Shown: positions 24,739 through 36,264 of the stretch, in pieces
Position numbering within the stretch: position 1 is the first letter of the stretch
Layout of the letters: the number at the start of each line of letters is the position of its first letter
DNA from: Eledone cirrhosa
Lineage: Eukaryota
Reading direction: 5' to 3'
Length of the DNA: 64,000 nucleotides
NCBI GenBank assembly: GCA_964016885.1
Contig: OZ024747.1
Location: 41,850,001 to 41,914,000 of the forward strand
Notes under the pieces: generated by a model
What the model was told of the DNA's origin: nothing
Database searches by the model: none
Seen by the model: the letters and a program-made list of their open reading frames with translations, nothing else
Program-made: the position numbers and the translations under genes

Positions 24739-25137
24739 TACATATGTATGTACGTATGGGTTATATCAAACATTAATAATAATGTTCAATTCATTTGAAA
24801 ATGAACGGCCCAATTGGAAGCTGTACCATGCCAGTAACCAATCGTCACCTGTTTGTTCAACACTGGCTTTGAGGAACAATTAACATGTTTCTGGGTCATT
24901 ACTTTACATCAGGACTCTATACCTCTGCCAGTCTGTTGAACGGTTGAAAATATATAGTATTTCTTAAGTACACATTGGCTGAGTAGCCTCATTTGCATAC
25001 TGAGTGAGTTATGGCTGGCCTTGGCAAATATTAAAAATAAAATTAGAATTTCATTTCTCGCCTTAGCACAGCTGATACATAAATGTAAGTATGCATATGC
25101 ACACACACACATATATATATATATATATACACACACA

Positions 25138-27675
25138 TCATCATCATCATCTTCGTTTAACGTCCATCTTCCACGCTAGCATGGGTTAAACGGGAGTTGT
25201 CCCACTTGAGGCAAGGTTGGTCGGGTGATCGTGTCTCGCTCATATTGGACTGTCTGGCAGGTTTTCTATGGCTGGATGCCTTTCCTAACACCAGCTACAT
25301 TTACAGTGTGGAACTGGGAACTTTTTACCGTGTTACCTACATTACAGCGTGGATTGTGTTTTTTGTCGTGACACCTACACGATCTCGATCTCATTATCTC
25401 ATTTATTTGGACTGGATGTTGTGGTACTAATTTACAGAGAGAGGGTGGAAGTGGGAGGATAGGGTAGGGGTAGTGGATTGGGGTGTATATTTGGTTAAGA
25501 GGTGCCTACTGACTGTAGGTTTCGCTTTGTGCATAGGCAAGGCGGGTCTTCTGTATTACTGCGTAGCGCCAAAGATCTCGGTCCAGTGACATTGTCTTAG
25601 AGAGGTGTAAGTGTGTAAGGTCGGAATTTATCAGATCGTCCCAGGTTTTTCTGTGTCTACCTACTCCGTAACTACCGTCAATTTTGATCGCCCTGCACTT
25701 TTTTATATAGCTGTCGTCGTCTTTCATGCACATCACGTGGCCATACCAACGTAGTCTTCTCTCAAGTAAACAGCATCTGATCCCTCTTATTCCTAATTTC
25801 TCACTTAGTTCATTTATGCTTTGCCGTTCACGTATATTACTATTACACGTCCAACGGAGCATGCATGCTTCGTTCTTTTCCAGTCTGCGCAAGTTCTCTG
25901 CACATAATTCCCATGTCTCACTGCCATGTATCATTGCTGTTCGTATACAAGCATCATACAAACTGCCTTTCATTTTTAGAGAGAAACCTTTTGTGGCCAA
26001 CAGCAGTATAAGCTCTCTGAACTTTTTCCATCCCATTCTGACTCTGGCTACTGTACTTTCAGAACACCCTCCTCCACTGCTGATTTTTTCACCCAGGTAA
26101 CGGAAAGTGTCTACTATTTTTATAGAACCATCTGGGCAGTTGAAGGAGCTAGTACCCAGTGGGTCCTTGCTACTTACTGCACCTAAGCATCAGCCACATA
26201 TAAAATCTACATTCTTAGATAGCTTACCTCTGATCACACTACATCTTTTATGTACCCATAGTTTGCATTTGGAGCATAGATGGAATTTCTGCCTACTCCT
26301 TTCCTACACACTGAGTATGGCCATTTCCCAGAAGGAATCTGTGTCCTATTTTCCTTTCTACATACTAGAACTTTAGTCTTAAGGCCTTTTGATTCTAGGC
26401 CATGCTTCCATGTTTGGTATTTCTTCTCTAGTTCAGTCATAGATTCAGCTATGAGAGTTAGATCATCTGCATATAGAAGTTCCCATGGGCAGCCGGTCTT
26501 AAACTCTTCTGTTATAGCCTGTAGGGCAATAATAAACAGGAGGGGCTAAGGATGGAGGTGAACACCGACTTTTACACTAAATTCTTCACTATATTCATTG
26601 TTAATTCTAACCTTGCTGACTGTATCTTTATACATAGCTTGTATAGCTCTTACAAGCCACTCATCTACTCCTAGTATTCTAAGAGCCCACCAGATAATGG
26701 AGCAGGGGGACTCTGTCAAAGGCTTTCTCCAAGTCAACAAAAGCTAAGTAGAGGGGTTTACTTTTAGCTAGGTACTTCTCTTGTAGTTGCCGTACAAGGA
26801 AGAGAGCATCCGTGGTGCTTTTACCTGGCACAAACCCAAACTGCATTTCATCTAGATCAATTCGATCTCTAATCAATTGAGTAATAACTCTTTCTGTGAC
26901 CTTCATGACCTGGTCAACTAACTTAATGCCTCTATAGTTTCCCCTATCTAGGGCGTCTCCTTTGCCCTTATAGCAGTTAACAATGATGCTACTACACCAG
27001 TCATTTGGTATGACCCCATTCTGTATTACTTGGTTTACTATCTAGGTGACCATAGTATGGCCCACCATTCCAGATGTTTTCAACATTTCAGCAACTATCC
27101 CCAAAGGCCCAGCTGCCTTGCCTGTCTTCATATCTGTGATTGCCTTACTTACTATACTACCATTAACTAGCACAGCTGGTCCTTCTGTTGGATAAATGTG
27201 GGGCAGACTATCTTTATTCCATTCATTCTCCTCATTCAATAGTCTCTTGTAGTGACACTTCCAAGCTACCTTCTTATGAGTATCAGTGAGGGCAAGTATA
27301 CCATTATCATTATGGACACACGTCTCCCCAACAATATCACAATTCTCCTTGACACATTGCCTTGCAATTTTGAACACCTCACGTCTTTGGTCCTCCCGTT
27401 GTAGAATAAGCTTGAACTTACTATCCTCTGCTTCCCTCTTTGCTAAGTATACTTGTTGTCTAGCTTCTCTCCTAGAGTTCTCTACTACCTCCATCCCATC
27501 ATTCTTTCCTTGCCTGCTCTTTGCCCTTGATGGACTCCTCCACTTTACTGTTCCACTAACATGTTACTTCTCCTGCCTAATTGTCCGCTCCAGCCACAGA
27601 TTTCATCAGTCACCTTCAGCAGGTTATTTTTTAGGAATACCCACTGTTCCTCTATATGTACGTCTCCAATTGCTC
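25138..27675 (-). mobile_element. RTE LINE, 3' portion, interrupted by the LTR element
   Basis: Minus-strand RT fragments (QFGFVPGKSTTDALF, AFVDLEKAFDRVP, GWKKFRE, RLRWYGHV) and a (CAT)n tail at ~25138. Confidence 0.93.
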
Positions 27676-27937
27676 TGTGGGTATGGTGTGGTGTGCGGTG
27701 GCTGGAGGCTGGGGAGTGCTCAACCGGAAGAGTGCTTGACCGGAAGGGTGCTTGGCCAGAAGGGTGCTTGATTGGAAGGGTCTGTCTCTCTCTAGGATGG
27801 TCAGCGAACGTGGTGGACGTCAGTCTTGGAGCTCCCGGTTAACGAGTTGGATTGTACGCACGTGGGAGAGGAGAAACCAACCATTGGATTAGCGGTGCCA
27901 ATGAAAGCGGTAAGTGAAGTAGCTTTTTCTAACCACA
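27676..27937 (+). repeat. 5' LTR
   Basis: Direct repeat of 31636-31905, with four tandem 16-bp G(A/G)GTGCTTGACCGGAA units. Confidence 0.95.
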
Positions 27938-28140
27938 AGCTATTTCGGCACTGGAAACTGAGATCTGATTGATCAAAAAAAAAAAAAAAAAGAACTTTCT
28001 CGAAAACAAAGCTACTGGAAAAACAGAGGAGTCTGTTGTTTTTTATTACTTACCACAAGACAAAATTAGGATATGGCGACAAGATTACGAATGAGCGGAG
28101 AAGTGATTAGGGCATTTACCGGTGAAGGCGATGTTGTCGC

Positions 28141-28836
28141 TTGGCTGCGAAAAGTCCGGCTGGTCTCAAGCTTACAGAAGATAGAAGATGTGGCTGGCCT
28201 CATGGCACTGTACCTCGAGGGGATGCGTTGGCACTCTTCCTAGAGATAGATGAACACAGCCAAAGGGATGCGCAAAAGATTGAGAGGCGTATGATGGAAG
28301 CGTTTGCGGAAGGACCGTTAGCCACTTTTGCCAAGCTGGCAAGGATTAGATGGAACGGTGAACATGTTGACATTTTCGCAGCGGAAATACGGCGATTGGC
28401 CATGTTGGTTAGATATCAGGTGGAATGCAAACGCATGGTGCGGTTGGCATTCATAAATGGATTTCCAGACGACATAGCGGTGAAACTGCAGCAAGTCCCG
28501 GGTTACAAAGAGATGGAGATGCGTGCACTGGTGGAGCAAGCCAGCATCATAGCAGAAGATGCCAAGAAGAGTGTCATGGCGATAGCAATTACAGAGGCCC
28601 AAGGCAGCTGGCAGCGAAATGGTGAAAGGGAGGCAACCACGGCCCACGGTCGCCCACGAACGTTTAGAGGTCGCTGTTTTAGGTGCCAGGGCCCGCACAT
28701 GGCGAGAGACTGTAGAGAGTCAAGGCCGGAAAAAATATGCTACCGGTGTAAGCGACTAGGCCACATCGCTACTAGCTGCAACCAGGGAAACGATCCAAGG
28801 GGAACTACTGCGCCGGTAGTTGCCCCTTACGAGTAG
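28141..28836 (+). pseudogene. gag (probable start ATG 28073, frameshifted)
   Basis: Two zinc knuckles, CFRCQGPHMARDC and CYRCKRLGHIATSC. Confidence 0.85.
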
Positions 28837-28879
28837 AGGCGCTGCTCGTGGTGAAAGTTTCGTGAAGGGAAAGCCACAG

Positions 28880-31622
28880 CGAGCCCTCGTGGACACGGGC
28901 TGTATGACGACACTGGTGACCGCGGGGGTGGAGAGGGAAGAGCAGTGTAAGGGCAGTCGACGGTAGGAAAATTGAATGCCGAGGTCGCAGCGAGGTGGAG
29001 ATGGCAGTAAGGGGAAAGAAAATAAGGCTTTCTGCCATCGTAGTTGACAACGTGGTGGATGGGATCGGCGTAATTATGGGCATGGATGCAATTGGCCGTC
29101 TAGGAGGCGTCACAGTGAACAACGTCGATGTGTCGTTTGGCGGTGCCGCATCGGTATGCGCTGTGAGTACGCGACAGGAGAACCAGAAGGCCCACGAGGA
29201 GAAATGCCCCGCTTACACTGTGCAGGACAAAGACTTCAAGGCCGTGTTCGATGGGCAACGATGGGTTGTTGAGTGGTACTGGAAAGGAGAACCACCAACA
29301 CTGAAGACCAAAGTGGGCTGCTATCAACATACATTGAAGGGAAACATTAGGAGCGAGTTCGAGCGAGAGGTAGAGAGATGGATTGAAGAGGGCATACTGC
29401 TTCCCTGGAAAGAGGAGGTGAAGTGCGAAGTATTGCCGTTAATGGCGGTGGCGCAACCCATGAAGAACAAGGTGAGGCCAGTACTGGACTTTCGGGAGCT
29501 GAACGAGCACATGTCATGCCACACGGGTGGCGAGGTCACGGATGTCTGTGGGGAAACCCTGCGTGAGTGGAGACGCATGACGGGGGCTTCCGCAATCGTC
29601 GATCTAAAGTCGGTATACTTACAATTACACATAGATGAGAAGCTCTGGCAGTATCAGCTGGTCAGGTATAAGGGCCGGACATATTGCCTGACCAGGCTCG
29701 GTTTCGGGCTGAGCTCTGCACCGAAGATCATGGCGGCAGTCCTCAAGACCATTCTGGGAAAGGCCGACAAGATGAAGAGGGCCACTAATTCCTACATTGA
29801 CGACATCCTAGTGGGCGAGTCTGTAGTGTCGGCGGCAGAGGTCACAAGCCATTTACAGGGGTATGGACTGGCTGCGAAGCCGTCAGAAGCGTTGGAGGGA
29901 GGAGCCGCGCTGGGACTTAGGTTACAGCGACACAGGATGGGCGTGTTAGTATTCCAGAGGGGAAATGAAGTTCCAGAACTGGGCCCAAGTATGAGTAGGA
30001 GGGATCTTTTCTCGACGTGTGGAAAGTTGGTGGGTCACTACCCGATTGCTGGGTGGCTCCGGACGGCATGCAGCTATGTCAAGAGACGAGCGGGCGGGGT
30101 GACTTGGAGTGACAGAGTGGGAGAGAGGACGGTGGCCATGATGCAGGACTTCATGGAGAGGGTGAAGGCCGACGACCCAGTGCGGGGACGCTGGTATGTA
30201 CCCAAATCGCAGAGCGGGACCTTATGGTGCGATGCCAGCAGCATAGCGCTGGCTGTCACGTTAGAGATAGGAGGTGTTGAGGTCGAGGACACAGCCTGGC
30301 TTAGGAAGAAGGACGATTGCAACCACATCAATGTGGCCGAACTGGACACGCTGTTGAGAGGGGTGAACCTCACCCTGAGGTGGGGACTGCGCACCATCAA
30401 GATACGCACCGACTCGGCTACTGTACTCGGATGGGTGAGATCAGTGCTCACCAGTGAGAAGAGAGTGCGAATGAGAGGGGCGGTGGAGATGCTGATAAAG
30501 CGCCGCCTGGGAACTTTAGGAGAGCTGGCCACCAAGTTCGACCTGAGGCTGTTTCGTGCCCTCAGAGAAAAATAGGGCGGACGTTTTAACTAGGGTGAAG
30601 AAAGCCTGGATGGAAGCGCCGGAGGAGGTAGAAGAGGAGATAGCTGCCATGTGTCGGCTGACCGAGTCAGATCTGAAAGGGTTGCATGACATACACCACA
30701 TGGGAGTGGAGAGGACTCTGTTCCTAGCCAGAAGAATCGACTCGGACGTTAACAGACACAGTGTTCAAAGAGTGGTTAGAGGCTGCGTCCGATGTCAGTC
30801 CATTGATCCCGCCCCGGGTGTGCACGAAACGGGAAGCCTCCCAGTTAATCGCGACTGGAAGCGATTGGCGGTGGATGTAACAGACTACCGACAGGGAACA
30901 TACCTCTCGATGGTCGACTGTGGACCGGGACGGATGGCGATATGGAGAGAGATGAAAACTGGAACGGCCGAGGAAATCATGCGGACGTTGAGAGAGGTGT
31001 TCTTGGAGTGGGACCCTGTGGACGAACTGCTGATGGACAACAGCGCAGCATTCCGCTCAGAGGCGCTGAGGGAGATGCTCGATGGATGAAGGTGGACCAT
31101 TTCTTCAGAGCAGCGTACAGGCCGAGCGGAAATGGAATCATGGAGCGACACCACCGGACGATCAAAGCAATGGCGGAGGGGGGCCACATCTCACCAATGG
31201 AGGCAGTGTTCTGGTACAACATGTCCCCTCGGGTGGGACAGGTTGAGGAATCGGTGCCACACAGAGCAGTATTCAGATACGAGTGGCGGCACCCATGCAC
31301 ACCACCACAACAGCCAGTGGAGAGAGAGAATGCATTCGTGCAGGTGGGCGAAGAAGTCTGGGTTAAGCCCCCAGATGCACATTGCACATCTCAATGGGGA
31401 AGGGGAACGGTGACAGCCGTAAATTCCCAGAACAATGTGTCCGTGGACGGAGTACCACGTCATGTCCTGGATGTCCTTAGAATCACTGTGTCAATGGACT
31501 CCGAGGAAGAGGAAACCCAAAGTGCCGCCCCAACACTGCGGAGATCGCAAAGAAGTCGCAAACCACCAACCTGGACAGCAGACGTTCATATGCAGAAGGA
31601 CGAGGGGGAAATTGATCCTTGA
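28880..31622 (+). pseudogene. pol: protease, RT, RNase H and DDE integrase, frameshifted
   Basis: Protease ALVDTGC (~28883). RT RPVLDFRELN, GFGLSSAP, YIDD. RNase H WCDAS, HINVAELD, RTDS. Integrase HDIHHMG..CVRC, AVDVT, MDN, NGIMERHHRTIK. Confidence 0.92.
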
Positions 31623-31635
31623 GATCAGGGGGGCG

Positions 31636-31905
31636 TGTGTGTATGGCGTGGTGTGCGGTGGCCGGAGGCAGGGGAGTGCTTGACCGGAAGAGTGCTTGAC
31701 CGGAAGGGTGCTTGGCTAGAAGGGTGCTCGACCGGAAGGGCCAGCAGGTCTGTCTCTCTCTAGGATGGTCAGCGAACATGGTGGACGTCAGTCTTGGAGC
31801 TCCCAGTTAACGAGTTGGATTGTACGCACGTGGGAGAGGAGAAACCAGCCATTGGATTAGCTGTACCAGTGAAAGCGGTAAGTGAATTAGCTTTTCCTAA
31901 CCACA
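31636..31905 (+). repeat. 3' LTR
   Basis: Differs from the 5' LTR by about 18 substitutions (counted by eye) and one 8-bp indel. Confidence 0.95.
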
Positions 31906-31910
31906 TGCTC

Positions 31911-32445
31911 TTCCTTACTGTCAAAAGCATCAAGTAATATACTTGTAAATTTGTTACTGGCTGTGGAGTTCTTCAACTTCCATATTCTTCTCCTCGAGGT
32001 ATTCCTCTGCCGGCAAGTACGTCTGGCCCTGACTATGAGGTCACTAACTATTAGGCTATGTTGGGAGGTGCATTCTTCATGAGGGAGGGATTTAGTGTTT
32101 ACAACAGACATTCTGTGACATCTTCTAGAAAGGATAACATCTATCTGGCTGGTGTGTTCCCCTGATGTACAGGTGATCAAGTGATCGTCTCGTTTTTTGA
32201 AGTTTGTGTTACAGATAGTTAGGTTATTAGCATCACAGAATTCCAGGATCCTGAAGCCTTCCTCATTTCTGGTACCAAACCCATAGCCTCCATGGATTCC
32301 ATCATAGCCATCACAATGTTGTCCAACGTGACCATTAAGGCTGCCAGCAATAATTAAGTAGTCACTGTTGGGTATCTGGGAGGTAGTGTGCATTAGCAAC
32401 TCATAGAACCTGTCTTTTATAAAGTCTGGTAGTCTGGATTGGAGT
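31911..32445 (-). mobile_element. RTE LINE 5' portion (APE endonuclease), continuation of 25138-27675
   Basis: LIIAGSLNGHVG, RNEEG..ILEFC, ICNTNF, SQID.IL and SQHSLIV motifs. Truncated by a SINE at ~32446. Confidence 0.9.
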
Positions 32446-33059
32446 GCAGAAGTGGATTTGCAGTATCGGTAGAGCGCCAGACAACATGCTTTGTGGCATA
32501 TAGTTATGGTCCTTTATGTCCTGAGTTCAAATCCCACTACGGTTAGCTTTGCCTTTCATCCTTATGAAGTCTATAAAGTAAAGCACAAGTAATGTGCTGG
32601 GGTCAATTAAATCGACCTTCCCTCTCCACCAAAATTATTGGCCTTGTGCCTGAATCAGAAACCTTTATTAAAGCTAGTCCAATTTTGACCATACCACCAT
32701 ATTTTCAGACATTTTATACCTTCAACTGCCTTATCTGACTTGTCCTTCCATTTTTAAAATGGGAAGGCATCATCCTGTTTTGAACAATCACATAGAAGCT
32801 CCTTCATTAGCTTCACTTAGGATCAGTTGCTGCTATTGTTTAGCTCCAGGCCAGATCTGATTGAACAGATGTATAATCAAAGTCATTCCAATTGTCACCA
32901 TCCCATCTTTTGTTGCTGATGGGTTCTTTTTTCAAAAATACTATGTCTACGACTACATTAACCAGCATGTCTGTCAAGTGAGATTTAAGGGAGATTTAGT
33001 TGCTCTTTTTAGCAGTTCATGCAATCACCTAGAGGTTTCCTCTTGTGGTCAGTTAACTT

Positions 33060-33320
33060 TTGTTGGTTGGTTGCTTAGTTACTTAGTAGCTTGGTTGTTC
33101 AGTTGCTTAGTAGCTTGGTTACTTGGTTGCTCAGTTACTTTGTTACTTTGTTGCATAGTTGCTTGGTTGCTTAGTAACCTGGCTGCTTTATTGCTTTGCT
33201 GCTTCATTACTTCATTACTTCATAGTTTGGTTGCTTCATTGTTCAGTTTCTTAGAAGCTTCATTGTTTAGTTGTTTTGTTAATTAGTTGCTTAGTAACTC
33301 CATTGCTTGGTTACTTGGTA
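33060..33320. repeat. Degenerate 8-bp-period minisatellite
   Basis: Recurrent TTGCTTAG / TTGCTTGG / TTACTTAG units. Confidence 0.6.
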
Positions 33321-33520
33321 ATTTGATGCATCTTATTCATTATAACTTCTTGATATTAACATTTTAAAAATGTTGGCATACGGTTGGATAATACATGGTT
33401 GTCTGTTTACTCCTTCAGATGCCATCAATAATAACTGAAATAAAATGGCACAAGGCACGAAGCAAAGATAATAGAGAGCCTATTTATTTTAACTATTGCT
33501 GAATGTGGAAACAGAAATAG

Positions 33521-33523
<3 letters not shown>

Positions 33524-33600
<77 letters not shown>

Positions 33601-33623
33601 GCGTGCGCGTGTGTGTGTGTGTG
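33524..33623. repeat. (GT)n microsatellite
   Basis: Seen directly. Another lies at 43963-44130. Confidence 0.95.
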
Positions 33624-34308
33624 TCTAATGCTATGGTAATAAGATATAGGAAAAACAAAATAAAATTGAGGGTTGGCTGAAAATTTCATAGACTGACAAA
33701 GCAAAGATACTCTCATGAAATTACCAAATGAGGTTTATTTTTCAACATAGTCCTTGAAAAGAGTAATAAAAAGAGTTGAAACTAATAAATGCAAGATTTC
33801 ACAGCTCTAGCATCACTGTTTCATAATCAGACTGTGAACTTTTCAGCTGACCCTCATATAATATTCAAATATAAATAAAATAAAATAATAAAAATATTTA
33901 GTCACATATGCCATAACTCATCTGGGAATTAAAAGCATCAAATATTTGCATAAATATATCTAAATTGCAAAAGGCTTCATTATAAATGCCGGATATAAGA
34001 ATGAAATAACATCAACTTAACTAGATTGATATTTTGTAATATTTTATGTAGAACACAGCTAGGCTTTCATAAGATAGAATATTATTTTCTAACAGAATGG
34101 GTGTGGATTTTTTTTATATATATTTTTCATTTTTATTTATCCATTTTTTAGAAATTATCTGTAAGATTTGAAGGGAGCTGTTTTTTGTTTTTTTTCTGAA
34201 TGAAACATAAACCATACTTTGTTGAACATTAATAAAACTGAAGTATAGTGTATGAAGTCATACTGAGAATAATGGACATTAAAACACAACTGCGTTAGCT
34301 GCACTTAC

Positions 34309-34659
34309 TTGCACTTTTGGTGGTGTTCACACTGGTTGGGTTGAGCTGGCTCCATCGAAGGAATTCATAGTGTAAGTTCATTTCAATGGAGTTTCTTCAG
34401 GTGATTGGTTTCACAAGCAGTGCCCAGCCGCAAGTATATTCACTTTAGGACAGTGTAATCCAAGCATCAGTTATAGTGCCGAAATCTCACTTTCACTCCA
34501 ATCCAATTTGGTGGAGTCAGTGCTGCAATGGGGACCTATGGGAGGGAGTTCGGCTGGCAGAGATAATAATCAACCTATTTGAACCATTTTGAAGGCTAGC
34601 AGGAGCTGACCCCATTTCCCAGCTCAGGCATGCCAATTCTCGGCACCGTTAGCTGTGTA
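34309..34659 (-). other. Candidate non-coding exon (351 nt)
   Basis: Unique GC-richer island bounded by acceptor TCTCTTTTATTTCCTCCAG| and donor CAA|GTAAGT. All three minus-strand frames contain stops. Confidence 0.5.
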
Positions 34660-35874
34660 CTGGAGGAAATAAAAGAGAATGGAATGGACATTATAACAGA
34701 TGTACTGTTGGCACTGAAACACAGTACGCTGGACATTAGTAATATGTTCAGCTTCTAGGTTACTTTTATAAAATCAATTATCATATTCCAAATGAAGTAC
34801 ACTGCATTTGTATTTCAATGTAATTTTTAAAAAGAAATATTATATAATCTGAAGAGATTTAGTAAATAACTAAGATTTTCTGTTAATAATCTAAGATTTA
34901 GGAGTGGTAGATTGGCAGAGTGTTGGACACCATACTGTGTGGCATAGAGTTATGTCCTTTTACGTTCTGAATTCAAATCCCATCGAGGTTATCTTTATCT
35001 TTCATTCTTACAGGGTCAATAAAATAAAGTACCAGTAACATACTGGAGGGATTGATTTAATTGACTTTCCCCTCCTTGAAAATTGTTGGCTTTGTGCTTA
35101 AATCCGAAAACATTCTTAATCTAATGTTTAGGAGTGGTAGATTGGCAGTCATTGGTCTATCAGATGATATGCATTGCAGTATTTTGTTATAAATCTCTAA
35201 ATTCTGGTTTCAAATCCTATCGAGGTCAACTTTGACTTTCATCCTTCCGGTGGTCAATACCAGTTAAGTACTGGGGTTAATATAATTTACTTTCATCTTC
35301 CCCTAAAATTGATGGCCTTGTGCCAATGTTAGAAACCATTATTAATCTTATGTTTGAAACAAAACTTAAATTTCTTCCAGAAAATTATGATGGAAGGTTT
35401 AATTTAAATATACACATTTAAAACAGTTGAGCTGATATCAAAAAGGTTAAACGATAAAGTAAAATACAGGGACTGACCCTCACCCTGCTACACACACACA
35501 CACACATATATATATATAGGATATATATGTGTGTGTGTGAATCAGGATAACATTTAACTAACCAGTGACCAGAGGGAAAAATATATAAATAAAAGAATAA
35601 AAATACACATGCATCCTGACGTCATGCATGTGCCGTCCAGGTGCACAACTCAGAAAGACAAGTGTGTGAAAAACAGAACAAAGAAGAGACACAAAGTTAT
35701 AAAAGTAGTCACTGAATGTGTGACAAAAGAACTTTGACAAGCAACAGCTAAACAATGATTGGGTTATTAAACTAACTGATGGGAAATTATAGTAATAAGC
35801 TGAAGTGAAACTCAACTGCTGCATGTGTTTTTTATTGGCAGCATGACCCTACCAAAGTATAACAATATCTGTTC

Positions 35875-36057
35875 CAGACCTGCCAACCTCTAAAAACCCA
35901 AATGGGGAGTACCATGAAAAAAAGTGTCCCATAACATGGAGAAATGAGGCAAAATGGGGAGAGATATTTTGCCCATTTTCACAAGAGAAGACATCTCTCA
36001 TCCACCCCAAAGTGGGTGAGAAATCTCCCCATCAGATGGGGAGAGTTGACAGGTCTG
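35875..36057. mobile_element. MITE with 6-bp TSD, hAT-like termini
   Basis: TIRs CAGACCTGCCAAC / GTTGACAGGTCTG, with CTGTTC on both sides (35869-74, 36058-63). Confidence 0.8.
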
Positions 36058-36264
36058 CTGTTCCAACACACGTTTTCACATAATCTTGCAAAACAAATAC
36101 AAAAACGAAATGTTACTCTGTTTCATAGACATAGTTAAAAAAATGTGAAATAGGTAGAAAATACCTTAGAAGTTTGTAACACACTGTGAATATATGGTGA
36201 TGAGTATACTTAGCAAAGAAAGTAACAAGAATGTTAAATATGAAAGGAAAGACTAAATATGTTA

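Larger units (their letters stand above)
27676..31905 (+). mobile_element. Full-length LTR retrotransposon with Gypsy-like order gag-PR-RT-RH-IN, frameshifted
   Basis: LTRs 27676-27937 and 31636-31905 (TGT...ACA), 5-bp TSD TGCTC (27671-75, 31906-10), and PPT GAGATCAGGGGGGCG before the 3' LTR. Confidence 0.95.

Noticed and set aside
34309-34659. Selenoprotein or read-through coding exon (length divisible by 3, in-frame TGA)
   Set aside because: TAA or TAG stops also occur in each frame, and I recognised no homology or SECIS.
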